This document shows positions 42,368-52,485 of a stretch of DNA of 64,000 nt, piece after piece. Numbering within the stretch: position 1 is the stretch's first letter; each line of letters opens with the position of its first letter. The notes below the pieces were generated by a model that was not told the origin of the DNA, made no database searches, and saw only the letters and a list, made by a program, of their open reading frames with translations. The position numbers and the translations under genes were made by a program. Source of the DNA: Spirochaetaceae bacterium. GTDB taxonomy: Bacteria; Spirochaetota; Spirochaetia; DSM-2461. The DNA is taken from contig OZ245056.1 of assembly GCA_965224705.1 (NCBI GenBank), positions 2,880,001 to 2,944,000 on the forward strand. Direction: 5' to 3'.

Positions 42368-42820
42368 CTACTTGATGAAACTTGTGTAAACCTGTAGCGC
42401 GGCGAGCAAGGCGAATCCAAGCATAATCATCCATTTCATGAACCCCACCTGATCTTTGAGCCCTTTGAATTGCTCTTTGAGTCCATCAAATTGCTCTTTG
42501 AGTCCATCAAATTGCTCTTTGAGCCCATTAAATTGCTCCTTGAGCCCGTTAAATTGTTCTTTGAAAGCATTGAATTCGGTTTTGGTAACCATCTGCTCGT
42601 CCAGATGGGCGATGTGGTTGTACTGGGATTTGAGCATCAATGGAATGGCGTTTTCCATAGACAGTTTACCCTCATCCGCTATTTGCTGCCTGGCCTTTTC
42701 TGTCGATTTGGTTAAGAATGCCGATATTAATTCATCTTCAAATGACTGTTTTTTATCTTCAGACACTGGCCCGCCCCCTCGGATGCTAACCATTAAATCG
42801 TATTGCTGAAAACCCGTCAA
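42368..42820 (-). CDS. Coiled-coil heptad-repeat protein with C-terminal membrane anchor (Bdr/DUF1640-like); true start may be GTG 42766
   Basis: KEQF(N/D/K)GL x5, then MKWMIMLGFALLAALQV. Confidence 0.7.
   Translation of the reverse strand: MTGFQQYDLMVSIRGGGPVSEDKKQSFEDELISAFLTKSTEKARQQIADEGKLSMENAIPLMLKSQYNHIAHLDEQMVTKTEFNAFKEQFNGLKEQFNGLKEQFDGLKEQFDGLKEQFKGLKDQVGFMKWMIMLGFALLAALQVYTSFIK
42456..42563. repeat. 21-bp tandem repeat, about 5 units
   Basis: (tttgag(c/t)cc.t.aaattgctc)n. Confidence 0.85.
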
Positions 42821-42902
42821 GGCTTGATAAAAGAGTATTTTCGGCTCTAAATACCAGTATAATGAATCAAAACTGCATTACAAGTGAACCAGGAGGAATT
42901 CT

Positions 42903-43237
42903 ATGAATTCTGACGAACATTGAGACATCTTTACAGATGTCACAATCAGACGACTACAAGGCGAGCGATATTAAAAACTTACGTAGTGTCAGCAAGCTTG
43001 TTAAATCTTTATTATTCTCAATTATTACAAGGTTTTAAGCCATTAACAGAGTTGCATTGAAGATGCATTTTTCTGGTTTAACAAGCTTTCTGACACTCCA
43101 TATTTCTTAAATATATGAGCAAAACACCTCTGCAACAGAGGGAAAGGGGATGCCTCCAGAGGGTTGACCGATTTGGGAAAACGTGCAATCTCTATCATGC
43201 AAGAAAAGAAAATGATATTAAATACTTCTCATTTAAT
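42903..43237 (+). pseudogene. Decayed tandem duplicate of the 5' half of the dipeptidase gene
   Basis: 42903-42981 matches 43241-43323; 43114-43237 matches 43629-43753; carries the AGGAGG RBS. Confidence 0.75.
42985..43097. mobile_element. 113-bp MITE
   Basis: IRs agtgtcagcaagcttgttaaa / tttaacaagctttctgacact. Confidence 0.7.
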
Positions 43238-43240
43238 GCC

Positions 43241-44215
43241 ATGAATTTTGACGGACATTGCGACATCTTTACGGATGTCACCATCAGACGACTACAGGGC
43301 GAGCGTCAGATATTAAAAACTTATCATTTAGATCGTCTGCGCAAAGGAGATTTTGCTGGAGGCTGTTTTGTATTTTGGATTGATCCTCCCTATACAGAAA
43401 ATCCAGCGAACCGCTTGAAACAACTCCTTACCTGCGCAAGAGAGGAACTAAATGAATGTGAGGATGTTGTTGCGGTACGCTCCCCTTCGGAAATCGAAAA
43501 AGCCAAAGAAGATGGTAAGTTTTATATTCTTTTAGGTATGGAAGGTCTTTCTGGATTGGGCAGTGATCCAGACTTTTTGTATTCCTTATATGACGATCAT
43601 CATGTTCGTCACACTATGTTGACATGGAATGAGCAAAATGCCTTTGCAACAGGGGTAAAAGGAGATGCCTCCAGGGGGTTGACCGATTTGGGAAAGCGTG
43701 CAATTTCCATCATACAAGAAAAGAAAATGATACTGGATATTTCTCATTTAAATGAAAAATCCTTCTGGGATGTAGTGAACTATTCAACGACCCCACTGGT
43801 TGCCTCTCATTCTAATGCACGAGCGTTGGCATCTACTCCAAGAAATCTAACAGATGATCAACTTTTTGTAATTCGTGATACAGAAGGATTGGTTGGTCTC
43901 AACTCCTTCAATCAATTTGTACACGATGACATCAAGGAACAAACCATTGATAGTTTTATCCGGCATGCAACATATATTGCAGAGAAAATAGGTGTAGAAT
44001 ATCTTGCCTTTGGATTTGATTTCTGTGAATTTCTTTTTGATCAATCTATGGCTGGCTTCAGTAATAAAAGAGAGCCATTTCTCACTGGACTAGAAGATTG
44101 TACAAAAACTCCTGTTTTCTTAAAAGAGATGAGAAAAGCAGGATTTACAGAAAAAGAATTGCAACTGGTTGCAGAAGAAAACTGGTTGCGCATCATCCAG
44201 ACGGTATCGGGTTAA
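43241..44215 (+). CDS. Membrane dipeptidase (peptidase M19)
   Basis: FDGHCD, LGMEG, LTWN, DISHL, ASHSNA, RNLTDDQL, G.DF. Confidence 0.9.
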   Translation: MNFDGHCDIFTDVTIRRLQGERQILKTYHLDRLRKGDFAGGCFVFWIDPPYTENPANRLKQLLTCAREELNECEDVVAVRSPSEIEKAKEDGKFYILLGMEGLSGLGSDPDFLYSLYDDHHVRHTMLTWNEQNAFATGVKGDASRGLTDLGKRAISIIQEKKMILDISHLNEKSFWDVVNYSTTPLVASHSNARALASTPRNLTDDQLFVIRDTEGLVGLNSFNQFVHDDIKEQTIDSFIRHATYIAEKIGVEYLAFGFDFCEFLFDQSMAGFSNKREPFLTGLEDCTKTPVFLKEMRKAGFTEKELQLVAEENWLRIIQTVSG

Positions 44216-44277
44216 GCCTCATAGCTGAAATCTACTCGAACGCCCTTTGAAGTAAGAGGTCGAGTTATAAGATTGAC

Positions 44278-44500
44278 ATGAAAACCAGACGGGAATTAAC
44301 AAGAGATGAGGCTGTACAGTATAGAAAAGCCTCACGAAAGGAATGTGATTCTGACTCATTTTGTACGGATAACCAACTATAATCGCTCTTATGCCGCGAC
44401 TCTTCTTCGCAGATATGACACGAGAGTAAGAAAGGCTCCCGCTGCGCGACTACTGGAGAGTCCCTCTGTTGGAGAGGGTATAAAGCGGTCATCAGGGAGC
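44278..44500 (+). mobile_element. N-terminal fragment of ISNCY-type transposase
   Basis: MKTRRELTR...YRKASRKE / ILTHFVRITNYNRSYAATLLRR. Confidence 0.55.
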
Positions 44501-44559
44501 AGCGTGAAAGAATCGACCCGGTTGCTCTGGCTCTGGAAGCAGCAAATCTTCAGAAGAAG

Positions 44560-45588
44560 CTAATCAGCCAGAACGCATATCTGATTCCTGGGAAAATTAA
44601 TCCCCATGGTATCCCCATGGCCCATGGCCAGATTATCACCCGTATTGACGACAATCACACCCAGTTCGGTTTCCAGTTCGTACTGGTAGGTCTCCCCAAG
44701 GTAGGTCCGCACCCTTACCGTTCCCTCAAGGAGGGCCTGCCCTTCCTTATCAACGGCAATATTCTGAGGCCTGATGGCTATCTTCCTGGCATTCTCCACG
44801 TCTTCAGCCTCAATCTCGCTGCCGTTGCTGAGCCTGTATCGGCCGGGCCCGACCCTTGTGACATCGAGGAGATTCTTGAAGCCCACAAAATCGGCCACAA
44901 AGATGGACCTGGGGTTGCTGTAGATCAGTTCGGGGGTGTCGTACTGCTCAATCTTGCCCTGATTCATGATGGCCACCTTGTCGGAGATGGAGAAGCATTC
45001 CTCCTGATCGTGGGTAATGAGGATGGTGGTAATGCCGAATTGCTGCTGCATGCGCTTAATCTGGGACCTCATCTCAATACGGAGCTTGGCATCGAGATTG
45101 GAGAGGGGTTCGTCCAGGAGGAGCAGCTTAGGAGAGATAACCAGAGCCCGGGCCAAAGCGACCCTCTGCCTCTGACCACCGCTCAGGTTCTCAGGTTTTC
45201 TATCCCTCAGAGGAAGAAGGTCGACTGTCTGGAGCATATCCAGAACCTTCTTCTCAATCTCTTTCCGGGGAACCTTCCTCAGCTTCAGCCCGTAGGCCAC
45301 GTTCTCGAAGACCGTCATATTGGGGAAGAGGGCGTAGGACTGGAACACAATACCGAAATTGCGCTTATTGATGGGAACCCTGGAAAAGTCCTCGCTGTTG
45401 ATGAGAATCTGACCCTCATGGGCCTTTAGAAAACCCGCCACGGCCTTCAGGGTCGTGGTCTTTCCGCAGCCCGAGGGGCCCAGAATGGAAACCAGCTTTC
45501 CCTCCTCAATCTCCAGATTGTAGTCTTCCAGTATATTGGTCTTCCCGTCATAGGAGACCTTAAGGTCTATAAGTTCTAATCGTGCCAT
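44560..45588 (-). CDS. ABC ATPase, PotA-like
   Basis: GPSGCGKTT, VFQSYALFP, LSGGQRQR, LLLDEP, TOBE domain. Confidence 0.95.
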   Translation of the reverse strand: MARLELIDLKVSYDGKTNILEDYNLEIEEGKLVSILGPSGCGKTTTLKAVAGFLKAHEGQILINSEDFSRVPINKRNFGIVFQSYALFPNMTVFENVAYGLKLRKVPRKEIEKKVLDMLQTVDLLPLRDRKPENLSGGQRQRVALARALVISPKLLLLDEPLSNLDAKLRIEMRSQIKRMQQQFGITTILITHDQEECFSISDKVAIMNQGKIEQYDTPELIYSNPRSIFVADFVGFKNLLDVTRVGPGRYRLSNGSEIEAEDVENARKIAIRPQNIAVDKEGQALLEGTVRVRTYLGETYQYELETELGVIVVNTGDNLAMGHGDTMGINFPRNQICVLAD

Positions 45589-45590
45589 CT

Positions 45591-46385
45591 TTACCTTCCG
45601 TAATTACTCAGGCCCAGAGTCTTTTCTATTAAAAATGTTATGCCTATTGTCAAAAACAGCAGTAAAACAGACACCGCCGCCACCGCGGGATTACCATACT
45701 TCTCCACATCCTGCATCATGATAATGGGCAGGGGGGTGGCCCCTCTTCCATAGAGGAAGATGGATATGGGAATATTGTTGAACGATGTGATGAAGGAGAG
45801 TACCGAAGCCGATACTATGGCCGGTGTAATACTGGGCAGCAGTATCTGCAGCACAAAGTCCCTCTTCGACGCCCCCAGGCTCGTCGCGGCATCCTCTACG
45901 ATAAAGTCAAACTTATCGAAGGCCCCGCCCAGTACCCTGATGGTATAGGGGAAGAGAATAATAATGTGGGCCAGCATGAGAACCAGCAGCTTGGGCAGCT
46001 TCGTATCAAACTCCTTTGCTATGAAGACCCACCCCAGAAAGAGGGAGTAACTCAGGACAATTCCGGGAATAAGCACGGGCGAGAAGAACACATTCTTGAT
46101 GGCCCTGGTGAATCTGTCATCGTACTTAGCCAGACCATAGGCCGCGGGTACTCCGAAGCACAGGGATATCAGGGTGGCCAGGATTCCTACCTGGAAACTT
46201 ATGATAAACCCCGATATATAGCTGCTGCTGAAGGCGGCACTGTACCACTTCATGGAAAAGCCCTCTATGGGGAAGGTGAGGATGTCATTGCTGTTGAATG
46301 AGGCCGCCACCGTGATAAAGAGGGGATAGATGAGATAGAAAAATACAAGACAGACGAAGATGGTCAGAATTTTACTTTTTTTCAT
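45591..46385 (-). CDS. ABC permease, PotC-like
   Basis: Multiple TMs, EDAATSLGAS loop. Confidence 0.9.
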   Translation of the reverse strand: MKKSKILTIFVCLVFFYLIYPLFITVAASFNSNDILTFPIEGFSMKWYSAAFSSSYISGFIISFQVGILATLISLCFGVPAAYGLAKYDDRFTRAIKNVFFSPVLIPGIVLSYSLFLGWVFIAKEFDTKLPKLLVLMLAHIIILFPYTIRVLGGAFDKFDFIVEDAATSLGASKRDFVLQILLPSITPAIVSASVLSFITSFNNIPISIFLYGRGATPLPIIMMQDVEKYGNPAVAAVSVLLLFLTIGITFLIEKTLGLSNYGR

Positions 46386-47235
46386 TATACCTCCCGTTCT
46401 TATTAGCTCCCGTTCTTGAGACACCGCCGGCCAGGTCGGCAGCCTTGTTAATCACAGTAATCACCATAACGGTCAGCACAAAGAGGAAGATGGAAATAGA
46501 GGAGACCAGCTCCCATTTTCCCAGAGTGCTGCCGTACTGCTGCACCAGAGTCGCCAGGACCACCGTGCGAGTGCCCCCCAGAATGTTGGGGGTGGTGTAG
46601 GCCGTCAGGGTCGCCGTGAAGACCAGGACCATGCCCACTATAATCCCGCTTACCGAGTTGGGGATAATAACGGTGAAGAAGGTCTTCAGCCGGGAAGCCC
46701 CCAGGCTAATAGAGGCATTCTCAACCTCCTCGGAGATATTATCCATCACACCAATCAGGGAGACGATCATCAGAGGCAGAAAGATATAGGTGGAACCTAT
46801 AATGACGGCCGCCCTGGAGTACATGAAACTGATGGGCTCGCTCAAAAGGCCCACATTGTTCAGGAACCGGCTCAGGACACCGTCATGGCCCAGGATAATC
46901 ATCCAGGAGATACTCCGCACCACGGCGTTGGTCAGAAGGGGAAAGAGAACCAGCAGGAGGTAGACATTCTTCATCCTTCCCCTGGTTCTTGAAATAAAGT
47001 AGGCCGTAGGCAATCCGATAAGCAGGGTGGCAAAAACCACGTAGAATGAGATCGTAAAGGTATTCCTGATGGCCTTGTGAAAGGTCGTATCCCTGAAGAG
47101 CTTCATATAATTCGCCAGGCTCAGGGAGCCCTCAACCATAAGCGATTTCTGGGCCAGCATAATAAGGGGCATAACGACCAGAACGGCAATCAGACACAAA
47201 CTGGGTATAAAAATTATCCCCTTTTCCTTATTCAT
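46372..47235 (-). CDS. ABC permease, PotB-like
   Basis: Multiple TMs, ENASISLGAS loop. Confidence 0.9.
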   Translation of the reverse strand: MNKEKGIIFIPSLCLIAVLVVMPLIMLAQKSLMVEGSLSLANYMKLFRDTTFHKAIRNTFTISFYVVFATLLIGLPTAYFISRTRGRMKNVYLLLVLFPLLTNAVVRSISWMIILGHDGVLSRFLNNVGLLSEPISFMYSRAAVIIGSTYIFLPLMIVSLIGVMDNISEEVENASISLGASRLKTFFTVIIPNSVSGIIVGMVLVFTATLTAYTTPNILGGTRTVVLATLVQQYGSTLGKWELVSSISIFLFVLTVMVITVINKAADLAGGVSRTGANKNGRYNEKK

Positions 47236-48583
47236 CTTCTCCTTCTTTATTCACCCGTTCCATGAGCTCCTGAGATTCGGACTTCACGGCCTCGTAGGCC
47301 CGCCCGAACTTCTCCATAACCTCACTCTCGGTGGTACTCACCAAGCTTGAATCCCTCACCACAAGAGTGCCGTTAACCAGGACATGCTCAACATTACGGG
47401 GTTCCATGGCGTAGACAATGGCCGCGTAGTAGTCGTAAAGGGGCAGCATGTTGATGGTGTTGGGATTTATAATGACCAGATCGGCCTTCTTGCCCACCTC
47501 AACGCTGCCCACCAGATGGTCGATGTTCAGGGCCTTCGCCCCGCCCATAGTGGCCATCCTTACTATGTCCTTCGCCGGAAAGAGGGAGCGGTCTTTGTAG
47601 CGGACCTTCTGCATCTTTGGGGTCATGTTCATGACGCTCATCATGTCCATATGGTTCCCGCTCATGGGTCCATCGGTGGCCAGGCTGACATTGACCCCCG
47701 CCCGGACATAGTCACGAACCGGGGCTATGGCACGGCCGCTCTTGCTGTTACCCGCGGGGCAGTGGGAAATGGAAGCAGCATTGCGGGCCATAATCTCTAT
47801 GTCCTCATCATCCACCAGGATACCGTGGGCACCCACAAAGCGCTTGCCGAGTACCCCTATGTTCTCCAGGTACTTTGCCACCGAACCGTGGTTCTTAAGG
47901 AAGGGCTCGGCCTCCCACAGCTGCTCCGCCATGTGGATAAGAAGGGGTACCCTGTGGCTGTCCGACAGCTCACGGCACCGCTTCAGCAGTCCCTCGGAAG
48001 CCATATAGACCGAATGGGGCGCCAGGGCCCCGCAGATGAGGGGGTGAGCTTTGTAAGCCCCCATAAACTCCTCAAAAAGGGCAAAGCCGTGGTCGGCATC
48101 CCGCTGCTCACCGCTCCTCAGATCTGTAATCCCCTGACCGATAAAGGCCCGGATTCCAAGCTCTGAAGAAGCCTGGGCCGTGGCCCTGGTAAAGGTATAC
48201 ATGTCGGCATAGCAGGTCGTCCCGCTCAGGAGCATCTCCGACAGGCTCAGCAGAGAAGAGCCGTAGACGATATCTCCATTGAGGCAGTTGTTCTCCAGGG
48301 GAAGGAGCAGCCGGATCAGGCGGTCCTTCATGTCATCGCCCAGGCCCCGGAACACCGTCATGGGCACATGGGTGTGGGTGTTAATAAACCCCGGAAGCAA
48401 TAGCCGGCCCGTACCGTCTATCACCAGGTCGTAAGCCTCAGATATATCGTGGCTGCCGCCCGTCTCAATATCAAAAAAAATGCGACATATCTCATCATTT
48501 TCGATAGAGATATTCGCATTTTCCAGGATATCAAGATCATCGTTAACCGTAATAACGGTAATGTTCTTGATTAGGGTTTTCAC
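47228..48583 (-). CDS. Amidohydrolase, MTA/SAH-deaminase (AtzA/TrzA-like) family
   Basis: PGFINTHTH, APHS, IHMAE, HCP..N, ATDG..S, GSVEVGKKAD. Confidence 0.9.
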   Translation of the reverse strand: MKTLIKNITVITVNDDLDILENANISIENDEICRIFFDIETGGSHDISEAYDLVIDGTGRLLLPGFINTHTHVPMTVFRGLGDDMKDRLIRLLLPLENNCLNGDIVYGSSLLSLSEMLLSGTTCYADMYTFTRATAQASSELGIRAFIGQGITDLRSGEQRDADHGFALFEEFMGAYKAHPLICGALAPHSVYMASEGLLKRCRELSDSHRVPLLIHMAEQLWEAEPFLKNHGSVAKYLENIGVLGKRFVGAHGILVDDEDIEIMARNAASISHCPAGNSKSGRAIAPVRDYVRAGVNVSLATDGPMSGNHMDMMSVMNMTPKMQKVRYKDRSLFPAKDIVRMATMGGAKALNIDHLVGSVEVGKKADLVIINPNTINMLPLYDYYAAIVYAMEPRNVEHVLVNGTLVVRDSSLVSTTESEVMEKFGRAYEAVKSESQELMERVNKEGEDE

Positions 48584-49575
48584 TATTTTGTAAACAGTTC
48601 ATTCCATTTGGCAATCCAGGCCGCCCTGTTCTGATTAACCAGATAGATGTCGGTCAGGATGGCATTGGGGAAGGCAGCCAGGTTGGTCTTGGCATTCTCC
48701 TGATCCCCCTCAAAGGCGACCTTCTTATTGACAGGTGAATCGATACCGCGGTCGAGAGACTCATTCTGTACCGCCTCAGAGAGGAGGAAGTCAATGAACT
48801 TCATGGCCAGGTCCTTGTTCCTGGTGCCCTTAACAATGTTCACCGTGTTCCCGTTCAACAGAACCCTGTCCAAATCGCCCCAGGTCAGGTCGGGGGTGTA
48901 ACCGAAGTCAGCCAGCAGGGCGTAGTCGAATTCACCATTGATGACGGCCTTTCTTGTGCTGAAGGTACTGGTGTAAGCATCAACCTTGCCCCTGGCGGCC
49001 CAGTCTTCGATGACAGCAATGTTGGCAGCCGCGTCACCCTGAACCTCACCGACACCATAGAGAACCATGGGGCCGTATGTTGCCGTCATGTGGGGAATGG
49101 CAACCTTGCTGGTGGTATCGGCAAAAATCTCTTCCCAGGTGGCGGGAATCTTATCGGAGTTACCGGCCACTCTCAGTCTGTTCACGGTATAGCAGGTACC
49201 GTAGTCAGCGCCATTGGGGTTCTTCGCCAATTCATAGAGGCTATCAAAGTTTTTCAGCCTGGACTTGTCCATTTTTTCAAACAGACCAGCCTCAATCGCC
49301 TTCTGCGCCGTAGCCTGGGTAGCCAGAAAAACATCAATCTCTGTAATATCAATCTCGTTGACCAGCTTGGTAAAGCGGTCTCCGTCCCGTCCCAGATCCA
49401 GCTCGATCTTGACGTTGTGTGCCTCTTCAAAGGGGGTAAACACGAACTCTGTAAAGGCGTCAATGTCGAAGTCCCAGGTAGATACAACCATGGTTGTGGG
49501 GCCTTCTTCCTTTACCCCGTTGGCAAATGCTGCAAATGCACACATGGTTAACAGCAATACTGTTAGTTTCCTCAT
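48583..49575 (-). CDS. ABC substrate-binding protein, PotD-like
   Basis: Signal peptide AFANGVKE; PFEEAHNVKI; NKDLAMKFIDFLLSEAVQ. Confidence 0.88.
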   Translation of the reverse strand: MRKLTVLLLTMCAFAAFANGVKEEGPTTMVVSTWDFDIDAFTEFVFTPFEEAHNVKIELDLGRDGDRFTKLVNEIDITEIDVFLATQATAQKAIEAGLFEKMDKSRLKNFDSLYELAKNPNGADYGTCYTVNRLRVAGNSDKIPATWEEIFADTTSKVAIPHMTATYGPMVLYGVGEVQGDAAANIAVIEDWAARGKVDAYTSTFSTRKAVINGEFDYALLADFGYTPDLTWGDLDRVLLNGNTVNIVKGTRNKDLAMKFIDFLLSEAVQNESLDRGIDSPVNKKVAFEGDQENAKTNLAAFPNAILTDIYLVNQNRAAWIAKWNELFTK

Positions 49576-49699
49576 CGCTTTCTCTCCTTGCCCCCTTAGA
49601 AAGGGGTCTTCAGCAATTATTTAATAAATCGGGATTAAAAACAATCTGTAATCTGCATATTTTAGAAATTCCCCAACCGCCTCCGACATTCCCCTACTC

Positions 49700-50320
49700 C
49701 AGCAGAGATGCATCCTCTTCTCCCAAAGCATAAAAGGTGGACCGAGTTGTCCCGACAAGGAGACACAGGAGTTTTCAATGAATTCAATGACCGGCTTAAA
49801 ACGGTCCCTGCTTCAACCGATATCCGCTTAAGTTAGATCAACACCGTATGCCTCAGGACCTTTTCCCAGAATATTGATTGAAGATTCTTCATCCAGATCA
49901 CTGCAAACGGCAAAAAAGCTCTCATCTCTTCGACCTTCAGCCCGTTTGCCATAGTGCTCATCAACTCTACGGCTTTTTACGATGAAATGAGCCCCCAATC
50001 CGTTAACGATCTTCTCAAAGATCCCCTGATTAAAGTACAATGAATCCATCAGAAACAGTTCAGGAGAGCTTTTCTGTAGGATTTGGGGGATCTGGTCGAG
50101 AATCTTGTGAGAAGCAGCGAGTTCCTTGCCTCTCTTAAGGTAAGGTTCGACCAGAATGGGAAGGTTGATTTTGTCGGCAAGACTTAAGAACACTCACCCA
50201 ATGTCCTCCCATAAAAGAGCCGTCGATGATGCCAGAGCAACGGCTCCTGCCCTTTTGTGTGAGCTTGATTTTCAAGGCATCATACTCTTCAAAGAGATAG
50301 GGTGGATGATTTTTTTTAGC
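49700..50320 (-). mobile_element. Degraded DDE transposase remnant
   Basis: EPYLKRGKELAAS...LMDSLY...HFIVKS; related remnant at 60003-60240. Confidence 0.55.
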
Positions 50321-50375
50321 CTGGGGAATTTCTGTTTCCTATGCCTTTTGTTTGAGCCATGCTACACTCAACACC

Positions 50376-52142
50376 ATGAAGAAACGCTTGTCCCAGGGTA
50401 TCTCTGATTTCAAGGAATTCATCGACGAAAACTGCTATTTTGTCGATAAAACCCATCTCATCAAGTATCTTATCGACAATCCCAGCAAAGTACACCTGAT
50501 TACCCGCCCCCGGCGTTTCGGCAAAACCCTGAATCTGAGCATGATCCGCTATTTCTTTGAGGCTCCCTGTCCGGGGAGTTCCGAACCCGCCAACAGCTAC
50601 CTCTTCGAGACTATGTCCATAAGCGAGCATCCCCGGTGTTTCCAGTACCAGGGGCAGTATCCGGTGATACATTTAAGTTTCAAGGATGCCAAGGGGGCTT
50701 CGTTTGATGAATGTATGGATCCTGTTCGGAAGATGATCTCATCGGAGTATCGACGGCATGAATATTTACAGAATTGCGGTATTCTGCGTGGTTCCGAACA
50801 GGAATTGTTCGACAGAATAGTCGATAAAACCGGCACCGTTCAAGATTATCCCCAATCCATTGAGTATCTCTCATCCTGGTTAAAGCGAGCCTACGGCAAA
50901 CCAGCTTACATTCTGCTGGACGAGTACGACACTCCCATGATGGCCGCCTACCTTGGGGGGTATTACAGCCAGATGACATCCTTCATCCGCAGCTTCATGG
51001 TGCAGAGCTTCAAAGACAACCCCAACCTGAAGCAGGGGGTGGTCATCGGCATACTCAAGGCGGCCCAGGAGAGCATCTTCAGCGACTTTAACAATCCGGC
51101 GGTGTCCACCATCCTGGACCCGGATATGGAGGACTGTTTTGGATTCACCGATAGCGAAGTGGTGCAAATGGCATCGTATTACGGCCTGAAAGACAGAATG
51201 GAGGAGATACGGCAGTGGTACAACGGCTATGTTTTCGGCAGCGACACCGTTATCTACAACCCCTGGAGCATTGTCAGTTTTCTTAACAAGCCTGCAGCGG
51301 GTCTACGCCCCTACTGGGTAAACACCAGCGACAACAGGCTGGTGCGGGAGGCCCTGCAGTTGGAAAGAAACGAATCCATCGAAATTGTCTCCCGCCTGCT
51401 GGGGGGAAGGGAGGTGAGAAAAGAGGTCTACCACCACATCGTCTACCCGGAGATAGCGAAAAGCCCTGACGCGGTGTGGAGTTTTCTTCTCCACGGCGGC
51501 TATCTGAAGGCCACCGACCGGCAGCAGCATGAATACGGCCAGGATTATCGTCTGTCGATTCCGAACAAAGAAGTGCATTATGTTTATAACAAGATCATCA
51601 AATCCTGGCTGGATGACGAGTTTCAGGCCAGGGAAGATTTTTTAGCCTTCATCCGGGGGGTGAGGGAGATAAATCCCCGCCTGATTGAGCTTAGCCTGGC
51701 TGCGATGCTGCGGGTGCTGGCCAGCTTTCACGACATGGCCCCCACCGGGCGGCCGAAGTCGGATAAGAAGGATAAGAAAAGCGGAGAGATGTTCTACCAC
51801 GGCCTTCTTCTGGGGCTTCTGGCCTATCTTGGCGGAGAGTACATGGTGGACAGCAACCGGGAATACGGCACTGGCCGGGCGGACATAGTGCTGGCCAAGC
51901 GCGCCGCCCGGGGGTGTAGCTGGAGCGATGAGGCCCTGCTCTTTGAACTGAAGCAGGAGGACAGCGGCGGCGAAACTCCGCTAAAACAACTGGCCGCCGA
52001 TGCCTTAAGTCAGGCCATGGAAAAGTACACGGCTGGTGCAATGGCCAGGTGGCAGCCCAAACGCTCGCTGGTGCTGGGGGTGGGTTTTCGCGGGAAGGAT
52101 CTGGCACTGGTCTACGAAAGCCTGCCGCATGCTGAGCGTTAA
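50376..52142 (+). CDS. AAA-ATPase-like domain + PD-(D/E)XK nuclease protein
   Basis: GISDF...YFVDKT...RPRRFGKTL...LDEYDTP...YNPWS...FYHG...SNREYGTGRAD...FELK. Confidence 0.92.
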   Translation: MKKRLSQGISDFKEFIDENCYFVDKTHLIKYLIDNPSKVHLITRPRRFGKTLNLSMIRYFFEAPCPGSSEPANSYLFETMSISEHPRCFQYQGQYPVIHLSFKDAKGASFDECMDPVRKMISSEYRRHEYLQNCGILRGSEQELFDRIVDKTGTVQDYPQSIEYLSSWLKRAYGKPAYILLDEYDTPMMAAYLGGYYSQMTSFIRSFMVQSFKDNPNLKQGVVIGILKAAQESIFSDFNNPAVSTILDPDMEDCFGFTDSEVVQMASYYGLKDRMEEIRQWYNGYVFGSDTVIYNPWSIVSFLNKPAAGLRPYWVNTSDNRLVREALQLERNESIEIVSRLLGGREVRKEVYHHIVYPEIAKSPDAVWSFLLHGGYLKATDRQQHEYGQDYRLSIPNKEVHYVYNKIIKSWLDDEFQAREDFLAFIRGVREINPRLIELSLAAMLRVLASFHDMAPTGRPKSDKKDKKSGEMFYHGLLLGLLAYLGGEYMVDSNREYGTGRADIVLAKRAARGCSWSDEALLFELKQEDSGGETPLKQLAADALSQAMEKYTAGAMARWQPKRSLVLGVGFRGKDLALVYESLPHAER

Positions 52143-52194
52143 GGGATGGTGTTCCTCATCGTTCATCTGTGTAATCAGGTACAGGGCGGACCGG

Positions 52195-52327
52195 GGACTT
52201 TTCCTATGCTTTTTATTGAGCCATGCTACACTCAACATTATGAAGAAACGCTTGTCTCAGGGTATCTCTGAATTCAGGAAATTCATCGGCGAAAACTGCT
52301 ATTTTGTCGATAAAACCCCCATCTCAT
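52195..52327 (+). pseudogene. Duplicate of promoter and first about 29 codons of the AAA-ATPase gene
   Basis: Near-identical to 50335-50463. Confidence 0.8.
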
Positions 52328-52485
52328 CGTAGGGATTACAAGAGTGGGTTGTGGGGTTCACCAAGTAGGTATAACCTGGTTCCACGCTCCCTGGGGGATT
52401 GGTTGAAAAAGGATGGGGCCATCCTCGAGGGCTTCAAGAAATACCTTGAGGAAAGGGCATTGGATGTCCTCGGTTGAGAGCCCGG

